DNA of 64,000 nt from Octopus vulgaris (GCA_951406725.2 OX597814.1:59892001-59956000); one strand, 5' to 3'. Counted from the first letter of the stretch, positions 42,040-56,961 are shown. Notes: generated by a model from the letters alone, not told the origin. Numbers and translations: made by a program.

Positions 42040-42352
42040 TTTTATTATTTTACTTGTTTCAGTCATTTGACTGCAGCCATGCTCGAGAACCACCTTTAGT
42101 CGAGCAAATAGACCCCAGGACTTATTCTTTGTAAGCCTTGTACTTATTGTATCGGTCTCTTTTGCCACTAAGTTACGGGGACGTAAGCACACCAGCATCG
42201 GTTGTCAAGCGATGTTTGGGGGGGGGGGGCAAACACCGACACACAAACATACACACAAACACACACATATATATACGACGGGCTTCTTGCAGTTTCCGTC
42301 TACAAAATCCCTTCACAGGGCTTTGATCGGCCCGAGTCTATAGTAGAAAACA
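42040..42352 (-). mobile_element. SINE family A, 5'-truncated
   Basis: Reverse complement of the 25896/57037 copies (TTACTTGTTTCAGTCATTTGACTGCAGCCATGC...). Confidence 0.9.
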
Positions 42353-42368
42353 CTATATATATATATAA

Positions 42369-42451
<83 letters not shown>

Positions 42452-42455
42452 TGTG

Positions 42456-42489
<34 letters not shown>

Positions 42490-43050
42490 TGCATGTATGT
42501 ATGTATGTATGTATGTATGTATGTGTTTATGTATATATTGAGCTATGTTTTCACACATGAAAGGGGAATTATAGGAAAAAGGTAAAAGATACATAAAAGA
42601 AGCCAACGCGTGAAAATGTAAACGTAAAGGATAAGTTTTCCTACATTGTTTCATACAGGCGACCATCGTGCATTACAGGACGTGAAATTTTTTCTGAGAT
42701 ACTAATGAAATTGAACAATAATCCTGCGACAAAATATAGACACACACAAAGGCACAAACACACAAACGCACACCTTGATATGTTTGTATATTTTCATTTA
42801 AAAACTGGAGCCATAAGTAAAGCATATGTACTCAATTCATGAAGTAAAATAGAAGCATTTATTTGATTTAGCTGATGGTTCTTACAAAACTACACGTTTC
42901 CTTCAGTTTTAAAAAATCTGGGGTGAAACACGTGTGCACTGCTGTAAAAGGTTGAGCTTGGAGAAGGAAAAGTTGTGGATAGTAGAATATCATTGACAAA
43001 TGTCTCGTCTGTATCTATTATGTAATTAGTCATGTAAAAATGTGAGCGGT

Positions 43051-43081
<31 letters not shown>

Positions 43082-43599
43082 AGTATAGTTCAAAAAGTTT
43101 TTGAAAGTACTGATAAGCATTTCGGTAGCATTGAAATCAGAAAGTTATGAAGGAAATTTAAGAGGAGTGAGAGAGTGAGAATGGTAAGAGAGATTAACTA
43201 AAACAAAACAAATAAAATAAAATATTCAAATTAGATCGTAAAAGGAGACAATGAAAGGGAGACTTAACATTAATCAATAAATACAGCAAATAAATAAAAA
43301 AAAATGTAATTCAAGTGGCTTCAACCCAATCCTTTGCCAGTTCTATGTGGTAAGCTTCTATCAATAACATAAATACATTTGAGTGGTCTTTGGCTTTCGT
43401 TAAGTAGCCAAAATATCTCACATGCTACTGCCTGGTGTGTTCAATATGATAACAATAGCCAGTTAAATCTCCCTGCCTTGAGTAATTGTAAAACAATAGA
43501 AGGAATGCGTCCATAAATCATCTTTTGGTCTTGTGTTCCCCACATGTAATGTTTCAGTCTCTCATACGAAAGCGTGATGTATGCAGGCGTATTGTTGAA

Positions 43600-43910
43600 C
43601 TATGATATACTAACTAGATAGGTTGGTATAACCCATGAAGCTTTTTGAGAAGCACCGACGGTTCAACTACCGAGTTTCCAACAAAAGCAGAATTTCTTCA
43701 GAGGGAGATTCTATCCCTTTTTAGTCTTTGCTATTGCTGTGGACTATACTAGAAGGGAACGTTTTGAACTCATCCAAGAGAAAGGACTCTCTATCAAGCA
43801 GAAACGATGGCAATGTCAGGAAAGCATGTGTTTCTCTGACCTTGACTAAACTGATAGTCTAGCTTTCATAGCTGATCGATTTGTTAACCTCACTTGGGAA
43901 TGCTGCAGAC
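43600..43910 (+). pseudogene. RTE-like LINE reverse transcriptase relic
   Basis: STDGSTTEFPTKAEFLQ..F.VFAIAVDY (cf. GVLQGD.L.P.LF...VDY) and FSDLD*TDSLAF (cf. DLDYADD.AL). Confidence 0.55.
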
Positions 43911-45439
43911 AGAATACACGAGCATCAATAAATATATCAGCGAGGGACATATACTAGACTAAATGAATTAATAGTTTAGAAATTTCATCATGATTATCAT
44001 CCATTGGAAAAATATTGGAAGATAATGTGAAAAAGTTAAGTTTTAAATAAATATGATGATACAAAAATATGTAGGCGGTAAGAATGTATTGAAGGGTATT
44101 CGATTTATGAAACAACTGCAAGTATCTTTAATAACTTAAATGCTAATCATAAAAATTATTAACATTGTAATAATAAACAAGGTTATCACTGACATGGATG
44201 TTGATATTACTTTTCATGCACAGAAAGCGATGATCTGCTACGACGTGCTATCTTGATAAATAGAATTTCTATGTCGGTTTGAGTGTGAATTACTCATCGG
44301 AAGTTAACGGCTTCATCGGAGTTATTTGATATCCCACATTGCGAATAATTCACAAGCATTTTATTCAAATTCAATCCACAAATGTAAGGAAGAAGCTTTT
44401 CACTATCAAATGATTTTATAATGAATTGTAAATGTTTGATACATATTTCCATTTAAAGTACATAGCTTTTATTCAAACGTCAGAGAGTAACCTAATTAAC
44501 CGTAGACAGGAATTAGTGGTACACTGTAAGAATTTCTATAATAAATCCTTCCGCAGGCTCCCTAGATAATTTTCACTCTATAGTGAGAGACAATGGACAA
44601 AACGGATATAATGCCTAGAGGATAAATGCAGGTTATCTAATATAGATTTTATTTTATTTTATTGTATTATTCTATTTACTTTATATTTTAGTTTTATTTT
44701 ATTTTTGCTTTATCTTTAGCCTAACATTTTCTCTCTAGCTTCCCATTTAATACAGTTGCCCTCTAGTATTTTCATTCCATTTGCCCTTTAATTTTTTTCC
44801 CAATAAACTTCACTCCCAATGTGAGATAGTAGTAAATTACCTGATATTAAACATTTACGCTGTCTATGGGAGTAAGTGGCCAATATCAAATTTCAATACT
44901 CTATATGAATAGTATCTGACCTGAAGACAATGTACATATTTTGAGAGTGATGTCCAAATTAAACACGCTAATGTTTTTAATACTTCCTGTCTTTGGTCCC
45001 TAGCTATCGTATACCCCTTCCTGTCTTCATTCGTCCATCCCTTGCCTCCCGTCGGGCTATTCTTTCTCTTCGTTTTCTTCATTGCTCTTTCCTTTTGCTC
45101 TTCTTTCCGGCTCATCACTTATTTTTCCCTTTTTCTCTTTAACTCTCGTCCACTCACCTTGTTCTTATTGCCTGTTTTCGCTCATGTTCTGATTTGTTTT
45201 CATCAGAATAGTATGACTCCGGAAGTGATAGCATTAATTCTTTAATGTCGTTCAATTTTTCTCAACCGATCAATGGAACGATTAAGTAAACCGATCAATG
45301 AACAGACCTATAATGAATATCGGAAACAGTTATAAGTCAAATTTGCTATAATAAAGGAATAAGTAATGACCATTACTTATAAGGTGTCTTGTTTCACTTC
45401 AGAATGCAAACTATAATCAGCGCGTTTGCAAAGAGTCAT

Positions 45440-46118
45440 GTTTTATCGCAAAATATAAACCCCTTTTGAATGCCCCCACTGCAGATGACACTACTACAAG
45501 GGCCTTAGAATAACACCCACTCAAATATTATAAACGATATATTCAGAGCAGCCACTACCCACGATTTTATTCAAAACATTTCCAATCACTACTGCTATAA
45601 CCACAACAGATCACTTGTAAGTCCCTTGACCATTTAAGAAGGCTCTACCAACTGTCTACTATTGTGATACCACTCCCGTCTTTATCTTCTTTCTCTTCTT
45701 GTCCTCGTCCTCCTCCTCCTCCTCCTTCTTCTTCTTCTTCTTCTTCTTCTTCTTCTTTCCTTCGCCGTCTCCTTCCTCGGCTACTGCTGCTTGAACAATC
45801 AAAATCCAGAACCAACACCCCTCATGTTAAATATTTCTTCAGATCTGCTATTAGCCACCTACCGAGCCATCTCAAAAGTAAAAGAGAGAGAGAGAGAGAA
45901 AGAAAAAATGAAAATGTCCCACATATTTGAAAACTATGGAAAAATTTTAAAACAACACTTCATTTAATTTTTCCATAATTTAATTGTTTTCCAAGTTGGA
46001 AAAGTCGCAAAGACTGGAACCGGTAATTCTTAATAAAATTATTTTAGCATTTTCTATCTGGTCCTATTTTCCTTATACATATCAAGAAGAAGAAGAAACA
46101 GAAGAAGAAGAAGAAGAA

Positions 46119-46174
<56 letters not shown>

Positions 46175-48010
46175 ATAGTAGTAGAAAAAAAAAGGAGGAG
46201 GAGAAGGAGACAGGAATTGTATGACGTAATAGTAGAAACTGACCGTGGAATCTACTTTAATGGCCAAGCGACCTAAAATCGCGCTGTTGTGGTTGTAGCA
46301 GTAGTGGATGGAACTGTTCTAAATAAATTCATGGACAGTGACTGTCCATATCGTTTTTAATATTTGCATGGGTATTATTCAAAGATCCTTTTAGTAGTGG
46401 AAGCATCAAAAGAGGTATATATTTTGTGATAAAATGTGATTCTTTGTTAATGCATTGTCCCTAAATTTATAAGAGGAGAAGATTCTAAAGTTGGGTTATT
46501 CATTAGTGATGCAAATATCGATGTGTTAACTTAATGCAATTTTTCTATATTCCAGTACTTTAATATGGGATCTATGTACGGTTTTCCTCTAAACGTATTG
46601 CTCTCAAGACCCTCGGCAAGTTAACACATATATCATGTTTTACGAAGCACATCTAAAGTTTATTTTTTCACAGTAAAACGTTAACTCTGTTTAAAGGAGA
46701 ACTCCTATTCCTTAATTAGGTTGACGCATATACCACAGCTAGATCTTCCGTATTTTTTTGCTATCAGTTTCGATGTTGTTGACACGTTGACTCTGTTTGA
46801 AGGAGGTCTACGATCCCCCAAATAGGTTGACGCATATACCACAGTTAGATCTTACACATTTTTCTACTGTCAATTTCGATGTTGTTGACGAGTGCACTTG
46901 GGCTTGTGTTAGAATACTTTTCATTGACTTGGGTTGTTTTTAGCTCCTTATGATGCTGTGCGTTTGGAGGATTTGATTCATTCTATGGTCCCTTTTTAGT
47001 AAAGGAAGGTTCTGGAGGATGGTGTCGAAGGCCTCATTGTTTAGGGTTTGTGTGTAGATATGTATCATAGGGCTTTTGGAGAGGATGTATGAGAGATTAA
47101 TCGAAGAGTGCGGGAAGCAGGGGTGGACAGTCGAATATCACCACCTGACAGTGGGGGCTAGAGACTTCACTGAAAGGAAAATGGCGACGTTATTCATAAG
47201 GAGGTTTGCATTTTCGAGCTCAGAGCTGAATAAACAAAGAAGGAGGATACAGAAGACAGTCAACAAAGCCAGCTTCTATATATGACTGAAACGAGAAGAC
47301 CTGAAATGACTCAAAAGCCATAATATGCCGATTAGGAAATAGCGTCGCCAGGTGAGGCTAGCTGGCACTTAAACAGAGTTGCTGCTTGACAGGTGGACCG
47401 GATGAACCATCTTGCTCGTTGCACGCCCTCCTCCTCAATAGTTAAAAGGCTTGTACCACAAGACAGCTAGTCGGCTCTGGCTGCTGTAGCTGACACTAAC
47501 ACGACTCATTTGGAAGGTATGTCAAGAAAATGTAAATTGTAGGTCACTTGACCATTAAAGTCGATTCCACCGACAGCATCTACCACTCCCGTCTTTTCCT
47601 CTTCTTCTTTCTCTTTCTCCTCTTTCCCCTCCTCCTTCTTCGCCTTTTCCTTCCTCGGCGGATGCTGCTTAAACCATCAAACTTCAGAACCAAATATTTC
47701 TTTGCCCCCACGAATACTATGTTTTCAGATCTGCTACGACCTACCGAACCTTCACGAAGGAAAAGGGAGACTGACAGAAAAAAGGAAAATATCCTACCTA
47801 ATTGAAGATTATGGAAATATTTACAAAATATTTACTTAATTTTTTCTTCAATGTAATTATTTTTCTTCTTAATTAATATCCGCTTTCGTTTTACTCTTAG
47901 TTGAAAGAGTCCAAAAGGCTGAAACCGGCACTAATCGTTACAAAATGTATTTCATGATAAAATTATTTTAGCTATTTCTACCTTGTCTTATTTACTTATA
48001 CATATCAAGA
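45440..48010. repeat. Three copies of one repeat family (direct 45625-46086 and 47545-48010; inverted 46190-46440)
   Basis: Shared blocks CTTGACCATT(T)AAG..TACCACTCCCGTCTTT..CAGATCTGCTA..CCTACCGA..TTATACATATCAAGA. Each direct copy has a hammerhead remnant near its 3' end. Confidence 0.75.
47076..47310 (+). pseudogene. Hero/NeSL-type non-LTR retrotransposon restriction-like endonuclease C-terminus
   Basis: YERLIEECGKQGWTVEYHHLTVGARDF...IQKTVNKASFYI*LKRED matches the pattern KY..L..EC...GW......VEVG.RGF...AS..IW.KR. Confidence 0.75.
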
Positions 48011-48044
48011 CGTCTGTTACTCTTCAACCTTCTACATATATATA

Positions 48045-48107
<63 letters not shown>

Positions 48108-48112
48108 TTCTA

Positions 48113-48292
48113 CATGGGGCTAAACATAGAGGGGAAAAACAAAGAGATTAAGTCGATTACATTGACCCCAGTGCGTAACTGGTACTTTATTTATCGACCC
48201 CAAAAAGATGAAAGGCAAAGTCGGCGGAATTTGAACTCAGAACGTAACGGCAGACGAAATACTACGCATTTCGCCCGTGCTAACGATTCTGC
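48113..48292 (-). mobile_element. SINE family B
   Basis: Reverse complement of 27027-27220. Confidence 0.85.
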
Positions 48293-48660
48293 TGCGCAAG
48301 AGTGACTGTGTTGTAAGTAGCTTGCTTACCAACCACATGGTTCCGGTTTCAGTCCCCCTGCGTGGCAGCTTATCAAGTATCTTTTACTAGAGCCGACCAA
48401 AGCCTTGTGAGTGGATTTGGTAGACGGAAACTGGAAGAAGCCCGTCGTATATATGTATATATGTATGTGTGTGTATATGTTTCTGTGTCTATGTTTCTCC
48501 CCCCGACATCGCTTGACAACCGATGGTAGTGAGTTTACGTCCCCGTAACTTAACGGTTCTGCAAAACAGACCGTAGAATAAGTACTAGGCTTCCAAAAAT
48601 AAGCCCTGGAAGAAGGCGGTGCACCAGCATGGCCGCAGTCAAATAACTGAAACAAGTAAA
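48293..48660 (+). mobile_element. SINE family A, joined head-to-head with family B copy
   Basis: GCGCAAGAGTGACTGTGTTGTAAGTAGCTTGCTTACCAACCACATGGTTCCGG...AACAAGTAAA. Confidence 0.9.
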
Positions 48661-49598
48661 AAAATATATATACACATACATACATACATACATACTTATA
48701 CATGTATATGCATATATAAATGTGTATGTGCGAGCGTGTGTATGCATGTATTCATGCATATATGTATGTATGCATGCATATATGAACGTATGCATGTGTG
48801 TTTATGTTTGTATATGTAAATGCGCTCCTGAACTTATGTGTAAATGTGTAAGCGTGTTTAAGTTGGCTTCGTTCTAAACTCAGTGATATCAGTCCTTCGG
48901 TTTTCATGTTGATACATCAATTACTGTTATATTTACATTTGTAGCATACATCTTCAATGCCTAATATATAACCACATTTGATGGCATACCATATACAAAT
49001 ACATATACGCGCGCACACACATGCATACATACATACATACATACATACATACATACATACATACATACATACATACATACATACGTGCATACATACAGAC
49101 GGACGGACATGAATATGTGTGTTGGTGTGTAAGTATGTGCGCTTCTATGTATGTGTATATATGCCATATACATGTTTTTATGTGAGTATCTACATGTTTT
49201 TATGTTTGTGTGTTGTGTGTATTAATGATATAATTATCAAAAAAACAAAGAACGTGAATTGGTACTTTTCTGCTGTTTGTCTCTGTGTCTTCAATAGAAC
49301 ATATGCAAGGATGTACATGTTTCAGGACTTTTGCGTATTTGCACTTGCTTACATGCGACGCAATCTATATACATATTGTTATGTTTGTTAAAGATTTTAT
49401 TGTAATATATTATCTTTCATTATAAACTATGGTTGAAAGTATATAACATATTCCCTAATGATCCAAGTATATATATATCTTTTTTCTATTTGCTTTCTCT
49501 GTTTCATTTTCTCTTTCTATACGTCTATCCCTCACCATCTTCCAATCAGGTTCCCTCTTTTACTTCTTACACACACAAACACAGACATGCAGAGACAT

Positions 49599-49653
<55 letters not shown>

Positions 49654-52600
49654 TGTGTGTTTTGTGTGTGTGTGTAACTTATCTTGTCAAGAAGAAACAG
49701 AATTTATATTATCTTATATTCCTGCAGCGCTAAACTTCCAACGACCCCTGAAAATACCGTTCAGCATTATATGTAGATACTCTAAATAATGATTCTGAAT
49801 GTAAATAATTCCTTGTGGAATTACATCCTAGCATGACATAGATTTTTCACTGAAAACTCTATTTTCGCAGAAACTATTTTCTCTTTGTTTCCTTTATTTC
49901 CTTTTAGTAAACGAAGTGTTTCCAGTAATGAATGCACCGAACAGGTTTTTTACATTTGAAATAAATCAATAGGCATTCCCCCGCCCAACAAACACATACA
50001 AACCGATTTGCTGTTGTTGTTGTAGTTGTCGTCGTCTTCGTCGTCGTCCTTCTTGCTGTTGCTGTTGTTCATGATGCCGATGATGATGTTGAGTTTTTCT
50101 TTATCAGAATGTTTTACATTTAATACAATTATTAGAAGAAACATATTCTGTTAAAGTAAACCCGTAATACATTATTTGTCTCCAAATATTTTATACATTA
50201 TTTTGTATATTTCCGTCTTCGATTCTTTCAGTCTGTTTGTCGCTTCCTGTAGTTTTATTAGTTTAATATATGATATATTCAAATTGCTTTTTATTTCTTA
50301 CTTTTTAAACCTTGAAATGAAATATTTTCTAGACTTTTCAAAACGTTTTAGAAAGTATCAACTTCTTTACTCTATCTTTTTTTCTTTCAATTATACAATT
50401 ACAGACATGAAATGACATTGTTTTTGTTTTCATGAAAGCAATATAGTTTTATTTTGCATAATCACATTGCCCTATATTTTGTTTCTTAGATAACTGAGAT
50501 TTATTCCTATCCACGCCTTTCTTAGAATATATATCATTAAAATTAAAACCACTTTACAATTGTGGCTGGTAAGCAGCTTACTTCTAGACGTACGACGCAT
50601 GTGCCAAAACAAAAGCACAAGAAATATAATCATGAATAGCATTACTAATGTGCATTATATATTCGTTAACTTAGAAACCGATTTTACTTAACTTGTTAAG
50701 TCTAGTAACGAGATTGTTTGCTATAGACGTATTTTGGAAAGCTTATGAAAGAGAAACAAAAACCTGTATCGTTAATTAATCTTCATAAATGTATTAAGTC
50801 TAAATGGAGACGTTTATCAAATGTATATTATTTCTTGCTTCACTTCAAATCTTGCCTTTTGCAAACAAGAATATGACTATTCTATAAATCGCTTATGTTT
50901 GTTACTCTTCACCTGTTTCCCAAGGTCACCTTTCTAGAGCTTATTTCGATCCGAACATTGAGCAATAATTAGTGTCGCCATGCACGTGCATCTCTCATCA
51001 AACATGTAATTCCAGACTCTAGTGATCATGCTCTAACAAAGAGATATATCATGAAATCAATAAATGTTGGCATAAGACGCAAGCAATGCAATTTATTTGT
51101 TACATTCGTTTCCGCTTACTTCTAAACCTATCGAGATTGGAATGCTGCTAACATCTAAGGATCAGCAATGATATTATACGCACAAGTATTCTAGAACACA
51201 TCTAAATATATATATATGAAAGCACCATCACGGAGGAAAATTCCTCTTCATTGGCAACCACAAACTAATCACCCCCTTTCCTAGCACCTGAAACGTTATG
51301 GAAATAGTCATAACGATTCACTGAATTGATAGTGAATATTATATTCACTATTATTTGTTACGGTATCTTACGTACATGTGTATCACCACGTCTTCGAAGT
51401 TCACTTCCTACTAGCATTTATTGGGCGTGTATGAGTCAGGTACATCATTTCTGTTCTATGACAGATATAATATGAACGCATTTGTCTTCAGTTTACAGTC
51501 TAATGGGAGGCAAACAGTTCATTTCTTAGATTTGTTGGTATTACTCCGATTTCTTTCATTCAATGGAATTTATACTTCTCCTAATTTGTCCTAAACACCA
51601 AAATACTTAAATATTAACGCTTGCTCTCAAAATTCCCCATAGCAGCTCTAAATAAACATCACAATATAGAAACAGGTAAAGGAATATGTTGTTCGTTTGA
51701 AAATGAAATTGCCGTCCCCCCTGAAACGTTCATTAAATTTATCAATTGAATTTTTTGCTAACTGCTTGGTGAGAAAAGCCATTCGGATATTAAATGCACA
51801 AATGTGTCACGAAGGTTTTATCCGAGTAATGTCAATAATGCCATTCTTGTTGAAGGCTTTCATTAATTATGGAGGTCCACTACAGGAATTCCTTTTAGCG
51901 AATCCCAAATATTGAAGTGAAGTTTCAGAATCGTCTGCGGAAACTTAAATATTTCCCCGTCTTTGTTACATGCATGAAGGCTTACTAATTCCTGAAAAAT
52001 TATAATTTATCATGAAGTCGATTAGTTGAAATGTCGTTTTTTTTTTTTGTTTTTTGGAAGGGATCATTAAAACAACCAGAGTGGGCAAAATTAATAGAAT
52101 TAAAGTATGAAACTACCAGTAATGCAAAATATCTTTGTATGTTCAGAGGCAAATAGCGAGCTTACTTTCTTAGATGCTCTCGCTAATTGGGCACATTTAA
52201 AGAAGAATCAGCGTACAGGTTGTTATCTGCATTTGATGTTAAATGTTCATATCAGCACATTATGTTATATGGCACATTATGTTATATGTCATTCAGTGTT
52301 CCCTGTTTCCATTGAACAATTAAATTAATTTGAAGAAAGAAACTTCAAAGGTACATATCTTTAAATTGACAGTATTTCGATTAAAGGTTAGTATAAACTA
52401 GAACTTGCTTAAACTCACAAACATTTCTCAAATCGTGTGAAGGACAAAACATTTGACTCCGGATATATTATTGACTTGACGAAATCTATACACTAGCTTA
52501 TACACTAGAAATGACGAGAGGCCGAATGATCTTAAAAGATCCCGTCCATCGGATCTCAAATTACTTTGTACATCTCAAGGTGCAATGCAAACAGACTCAA

Positions 52601-54029
52601 ATTCTAGTCGAAATAAATATTTTCCTCCAAGTCGAGATGTATTTAACTCATAGAATAGTTTGAAAAATAAATAAAACATTGCTTAAAATTCAACAGATGA
52701 GAGTTGACATTCTATTGTTAAGAATGATGCGACAGATGCCGCCCTCGGGGAAAACGACAAACGACTTTGTTTTCATGCTTAGAACTATATTTGAAAGCAA
52801 TCTTCATTTTTCATCAACGTATAAACAACCTGCATCACTGATAAAAGCTGTTGAATCACTTTTCTAGCGCATCATTACGCACTCATTCTTGATCAGTGTT
52901 CATTTGCATTTTGGTGGATAACAGGGAATGAAGTAAAATAAAGAATAGTAAAATACGTATTTATCTCACACAACAATATATTGCTCACGAAAAGATAACA
53001 ATTACATTAAATATTTATCACATAACTTCTGTATATAATATCATCTCAATTAACAGAGATTCACGACCATGTATGCCATTTTCTTGCAATAATAGACGAC
53101 ATTTTTATCGTTTTCAACGTAAGATGTTAAGAACCATATATTCCGTTCCAAAAAGAGATTTTGTTATCAACTTGAAAGTTTCCTGATACAAGCTACTCCA
53201 ACGAGGGAACCACTTAATATTGATTTCAATGGTCCATTGATAATATCATTACCTCGACACTTTCCGTGAATATTAATGAAAATTCATATTCACTTTTGCA
53301 GTTATTTGCCTCAATATCAGTTCACCAACTGGTTGCAAATGTTTAGAACAAATACTTTGATTTTGTATAATATTTGGTTACATCCGCTCTGATCCTCGAG
53401 CTATTTTGCTTTCAAGAAAAAGTGAAAGTTTGTTTTACAAAAACTATTGTATATGGCATTTTCCCTACTGATTTAGATTGCTATGTATGACATCCATCCA
53501 ACTTAGGCAATTGAATCACCTTCGGTTGAGTTTATCGAGACCTTCGCCTGTTTTCCTACAAAACACCTTCTTTCCTTCCTCCTAAGAAGTGAAACGAATA
53601 TTCTTTCTGCAGATATCGACTAACAAATGTTTACACTGAGCATGAATATCATTAACCTCTCCAGCAAGAGAGTTTGAAAATATCATACGTATAGAATAGT
53701 CAAAGCTATATTAAAACAAAGCATAGAATTTGTTTTAAAACGGCTTTTTCTGATTAATTTAAAACAGTTAACGCCAAATCATTCTGAATACTGCACATCT
53801 CTCGTTAGCTCTCTATAAGAACTTGATATCCACTACAGCTTGTCTAAATACAGTATTTGAAAAAAAACTATAAAACTAGTTTCAAAAGAATGAAAAATAT
53901 CCTTAAAAAAGTTTACATTGAAGATCACAAAAGCGAAGTGTGGATTTTTATATTACATTTTCTACTGTACCATAATAATAAGGAATGTGACTCATTTACT
54001 TTTTTTATTAATATTGATTTCAAATTTTA

Positions 54030-54225
54030 GCATGAAGCCAGCATGCTCGAGGATGGGGCTTGTTGATTACATCGACCCTAGTGATTAACCTGTGCTCATT
54101 ATATTGATTTTGTACAGATGAAAGCAAAGTCGACCTCGGCTGAATTTGAACTCAAAACGTAAAGAGGGACGAAATTCCGCTAAGTACTTTTCCCGGTTTG
54201 TTAACGATTCTGCAACCTCGCCGTC
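54030..54225 (-). mobile_element. SINE family B
   Basis: GCAAAGTCGACCTCGGCTGAATTTGAACTCAAAACGTAAAG..AACGATTCTGCAACCTCGCCG is the reverse of the 27027 copy. Confidence 0.8.
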
Positions 54226-54239
54226 TTTGATCCTTCCTA

Positions 54240-54472
54240 AGTCATATAGATTCAAAGAGCCGGATTCCTGGTTCCCGTGGCGTGTATATTCCCCACCTTG
54301 ACGGAACGCCGGTCTGTCGCAGGCTTATTCAATGTTTGCCAACTGAGTGGATTGGAGCAACTTGAAATGGAGTGTTTCTCTCAGGACACAACGCATCACG
54401 CCATCCATGAATCAAAACGATAATCTTACATTCATGAGTTCAACACCGTAACCACTGGGCCAAGCGCCTCCT
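54240..54472 (-). mobile_element. tRNA-derived SINE (family C)
   Basis: Minus-strand head GGAGGCGCTTGGCCCAGTGGTTACGGTG (A box) and central GTTGTGTCCTGAGAGAAACACT, similar to the 62282 copy. Confidence 0.65.
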
Positions 54473-55359
54473 CTATTTTCTCTTTTTTATTAATATTGAT
54501 GAAAAATAATTGTTCGCCCTTCTGAACTCCCATTTATTTATTTCATAATGAAACACATTTTGACATCTTCCCAACGAAAGTATTAATTATTTTTTGTTAA
54601 AATATTCCCAAAAGACTTAATCATCCATTTTGCGGTTGCTTGTTGAACTTTTGTTTCCATTTTCATATCAGTATTTTTTACAATGTCTATCAGCGACGAA
54701 TTTTGATCAAGACTATCAAATTTTTCCTAATGAAATGAATATTAATCAAATCATTATATCAGTGCCTGTATGTATGCATGTATTCAAATTCTGGCGTGCG
54801 TGCATGTGTGTGAGAAAGAGTGAGGGAGTGAAAGTTAAAATGTGATAAAAGATAACGTTTCAATATAACATTTACTGTTTTAAATACGTTTTAAGAAGAA
54901 TAATATGACTGTAGAGAGGGATGATTAAATATCAAAATAACTGGGCCAATTCTATTAATTCAAATGCGTGACATCAAATGCTTGTTTTGGAGTTAGTAAA
55001 ACCGAGTTAGTAAAACAGCAATATCATGCTATCAATGGAATTATCTAAACTACTACGGTAATACTGTGTCACTTTAAGCAGAAACTAAAGTTAGTTTTTA
55101 GTTACGTTCTATTTGAGAAAGTGGAGAGTGTTGTGTGTTTTGTACTTAGATATATACATACGCGTATGTGCTTAGATTAAATGAAACAACAGTTGAAGAA
55201 GCATCAATTTGTTTTTGTACCGTAAAGCATCTCATTCATGCATGAAGTTCATATTTGCTATTTTACACACACGAAAATACAAACATTTATGTTGGTATGT
55301 TGCTGATCGATAAAATAACCATCAATTCGAGTATACTGCTCATTTGATTTTGCGTGTCA

Positions 55360-55600
55360 TTAGATGGCTGATGAAGCCACCTCTGGCTCCAAAATAAAGG
55401 CCTGGGAGTAATTGATAAATGTCGACTGTAGAGTGAATAAAGTGTAGGGCTTCATTTGAGATAAAGTCTGACTAGGCTTTGTGAGGTTAACGTTTGCTGA
55501 TTCCTGAATTTTTTTGGTGTTGTCCTGAGGAAGCTGTTTACCCGGCCCTGTGAGAAGGATCGTAGCTTTCAATGCCATTTTTTAGGTTATTTTTGTTGCA
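55360..55600 (-). pseudogene. Possible Ty3/Gypsy RT-RNase H connection relic
   Basis: INYSQAFILEPEVASSAI resembles DY.KPF.LETDAS..AI. This is the only motif seen. Confidence 0.3.
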
Positions 55601-56961
55601 CTTCGTCTGACATGTGTCTGTTCTCTTCAGTATGATAAGCTTGCCATAGTGGAATTGCATATTGTTCATGCAGTGTCATTACAAGTTCAGCAAACTAGGT
55701 ACTTCCCAAAGTGAGCATGTAGTGATGGGAACTGATCCGTTGGGAAACACCTGAGCCTCAGACGGAGTGTTACAATTTAATGGGAAACAGACACATATAG
55801 TGTGACAATGAGTCGGCATGCACTCTGCTATTTACTGTAGATAGACAATGGATCACACTTATGAAGCAAGACTGTCTGACATATATTCAGCTGCGTGACG
55901 ATGTTGAACTCCCTGCTTTCCCATCGGGTGAAGCAGAGCCTCCAAGCCCTAAACTTGCTTTACCTGTCCTACAATTGACCTTGTCATACAATGTGAACAA
56001 TTTGGGGAAAGAGGCTGCGGATGTCCTTATTATGGTGTTGATATTAAGCAATTAGGTAAGAGGCTGTACAAGAAGACAAGAATGATCTAACAAATACGTA
56101 GCAGATCCTGATGACCAAATATATTGTTAAATTTGCATGTATACATTGTTCACACGTGCGCAATAATTCTCTGGAGAGAAATTTCGAAGTTGCATAATGA
56201 GAACGTCATGCTCTATGCGTTTATGAGCACTCAGAATTTTCGTATTTTGTTTTCACATTCTTGTGATAAGCCATTAATTCACTTTCTATAGAAAAATCTG
56301 CTTTATGCCTTCAAGCAAAAACTATATCCATTTCGTGAGAGAGAATTGCCTCACTCTATCATTGTTATTGTTTTGTTCGAGGTCCGTCGTAAAGAAGTAG
56401 ATCTATTGTGAAAGGATTGATCAACTAAACCCTACTTCAACATGGAAAATCAAACAATACATTATACTATGTGTTTGCCACTATTTTAACACAAAATGTG
56501 ATTTGTCTGGATTCTGGCTGCAACTTCTGACATATTGAACTTCTATGTAAATATTCTTTTACTCTAATCGGTAATACTGCTGGGATTTACAGTGGATAGT
56601 AAGTTAATCATTTGTCTGACTTCCGTTACTCAAATCTGATAAATCTTACTGCTATATGAATCCTAGAATTGCAACGAAAGTTACAAAGGAAGATTCTATA
56701 TCCATACATTTTTTTTCAAAGAATTGAAAACTTCATTCCCGTTCGTTACAAATGCCTAGATTGTTTTCTATTAAGTCGTTAATCAATGGGTTAATATTAA
56801 TTTTGAAACGGTTATATTGTGGTTATGAAATGAAATCGTTTATATTTAATCATGCAAGATCTGTTAAGTTATATTACTAACGAGATTTACTACACGTTAT
56901 AATGACGGCCACTCGTGGTTCACACCAGACACACATACATACATACATATATATATATATG

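Noticed and set aside
55368-55400. CTGATGA followed by hairpin AGCCA-CCTC-TGGCT
   Set aside because: Followed by CAAA instead of GAAA, with no stem III or NUH site. It overlaps a possible Gypsy relic on the other strand.
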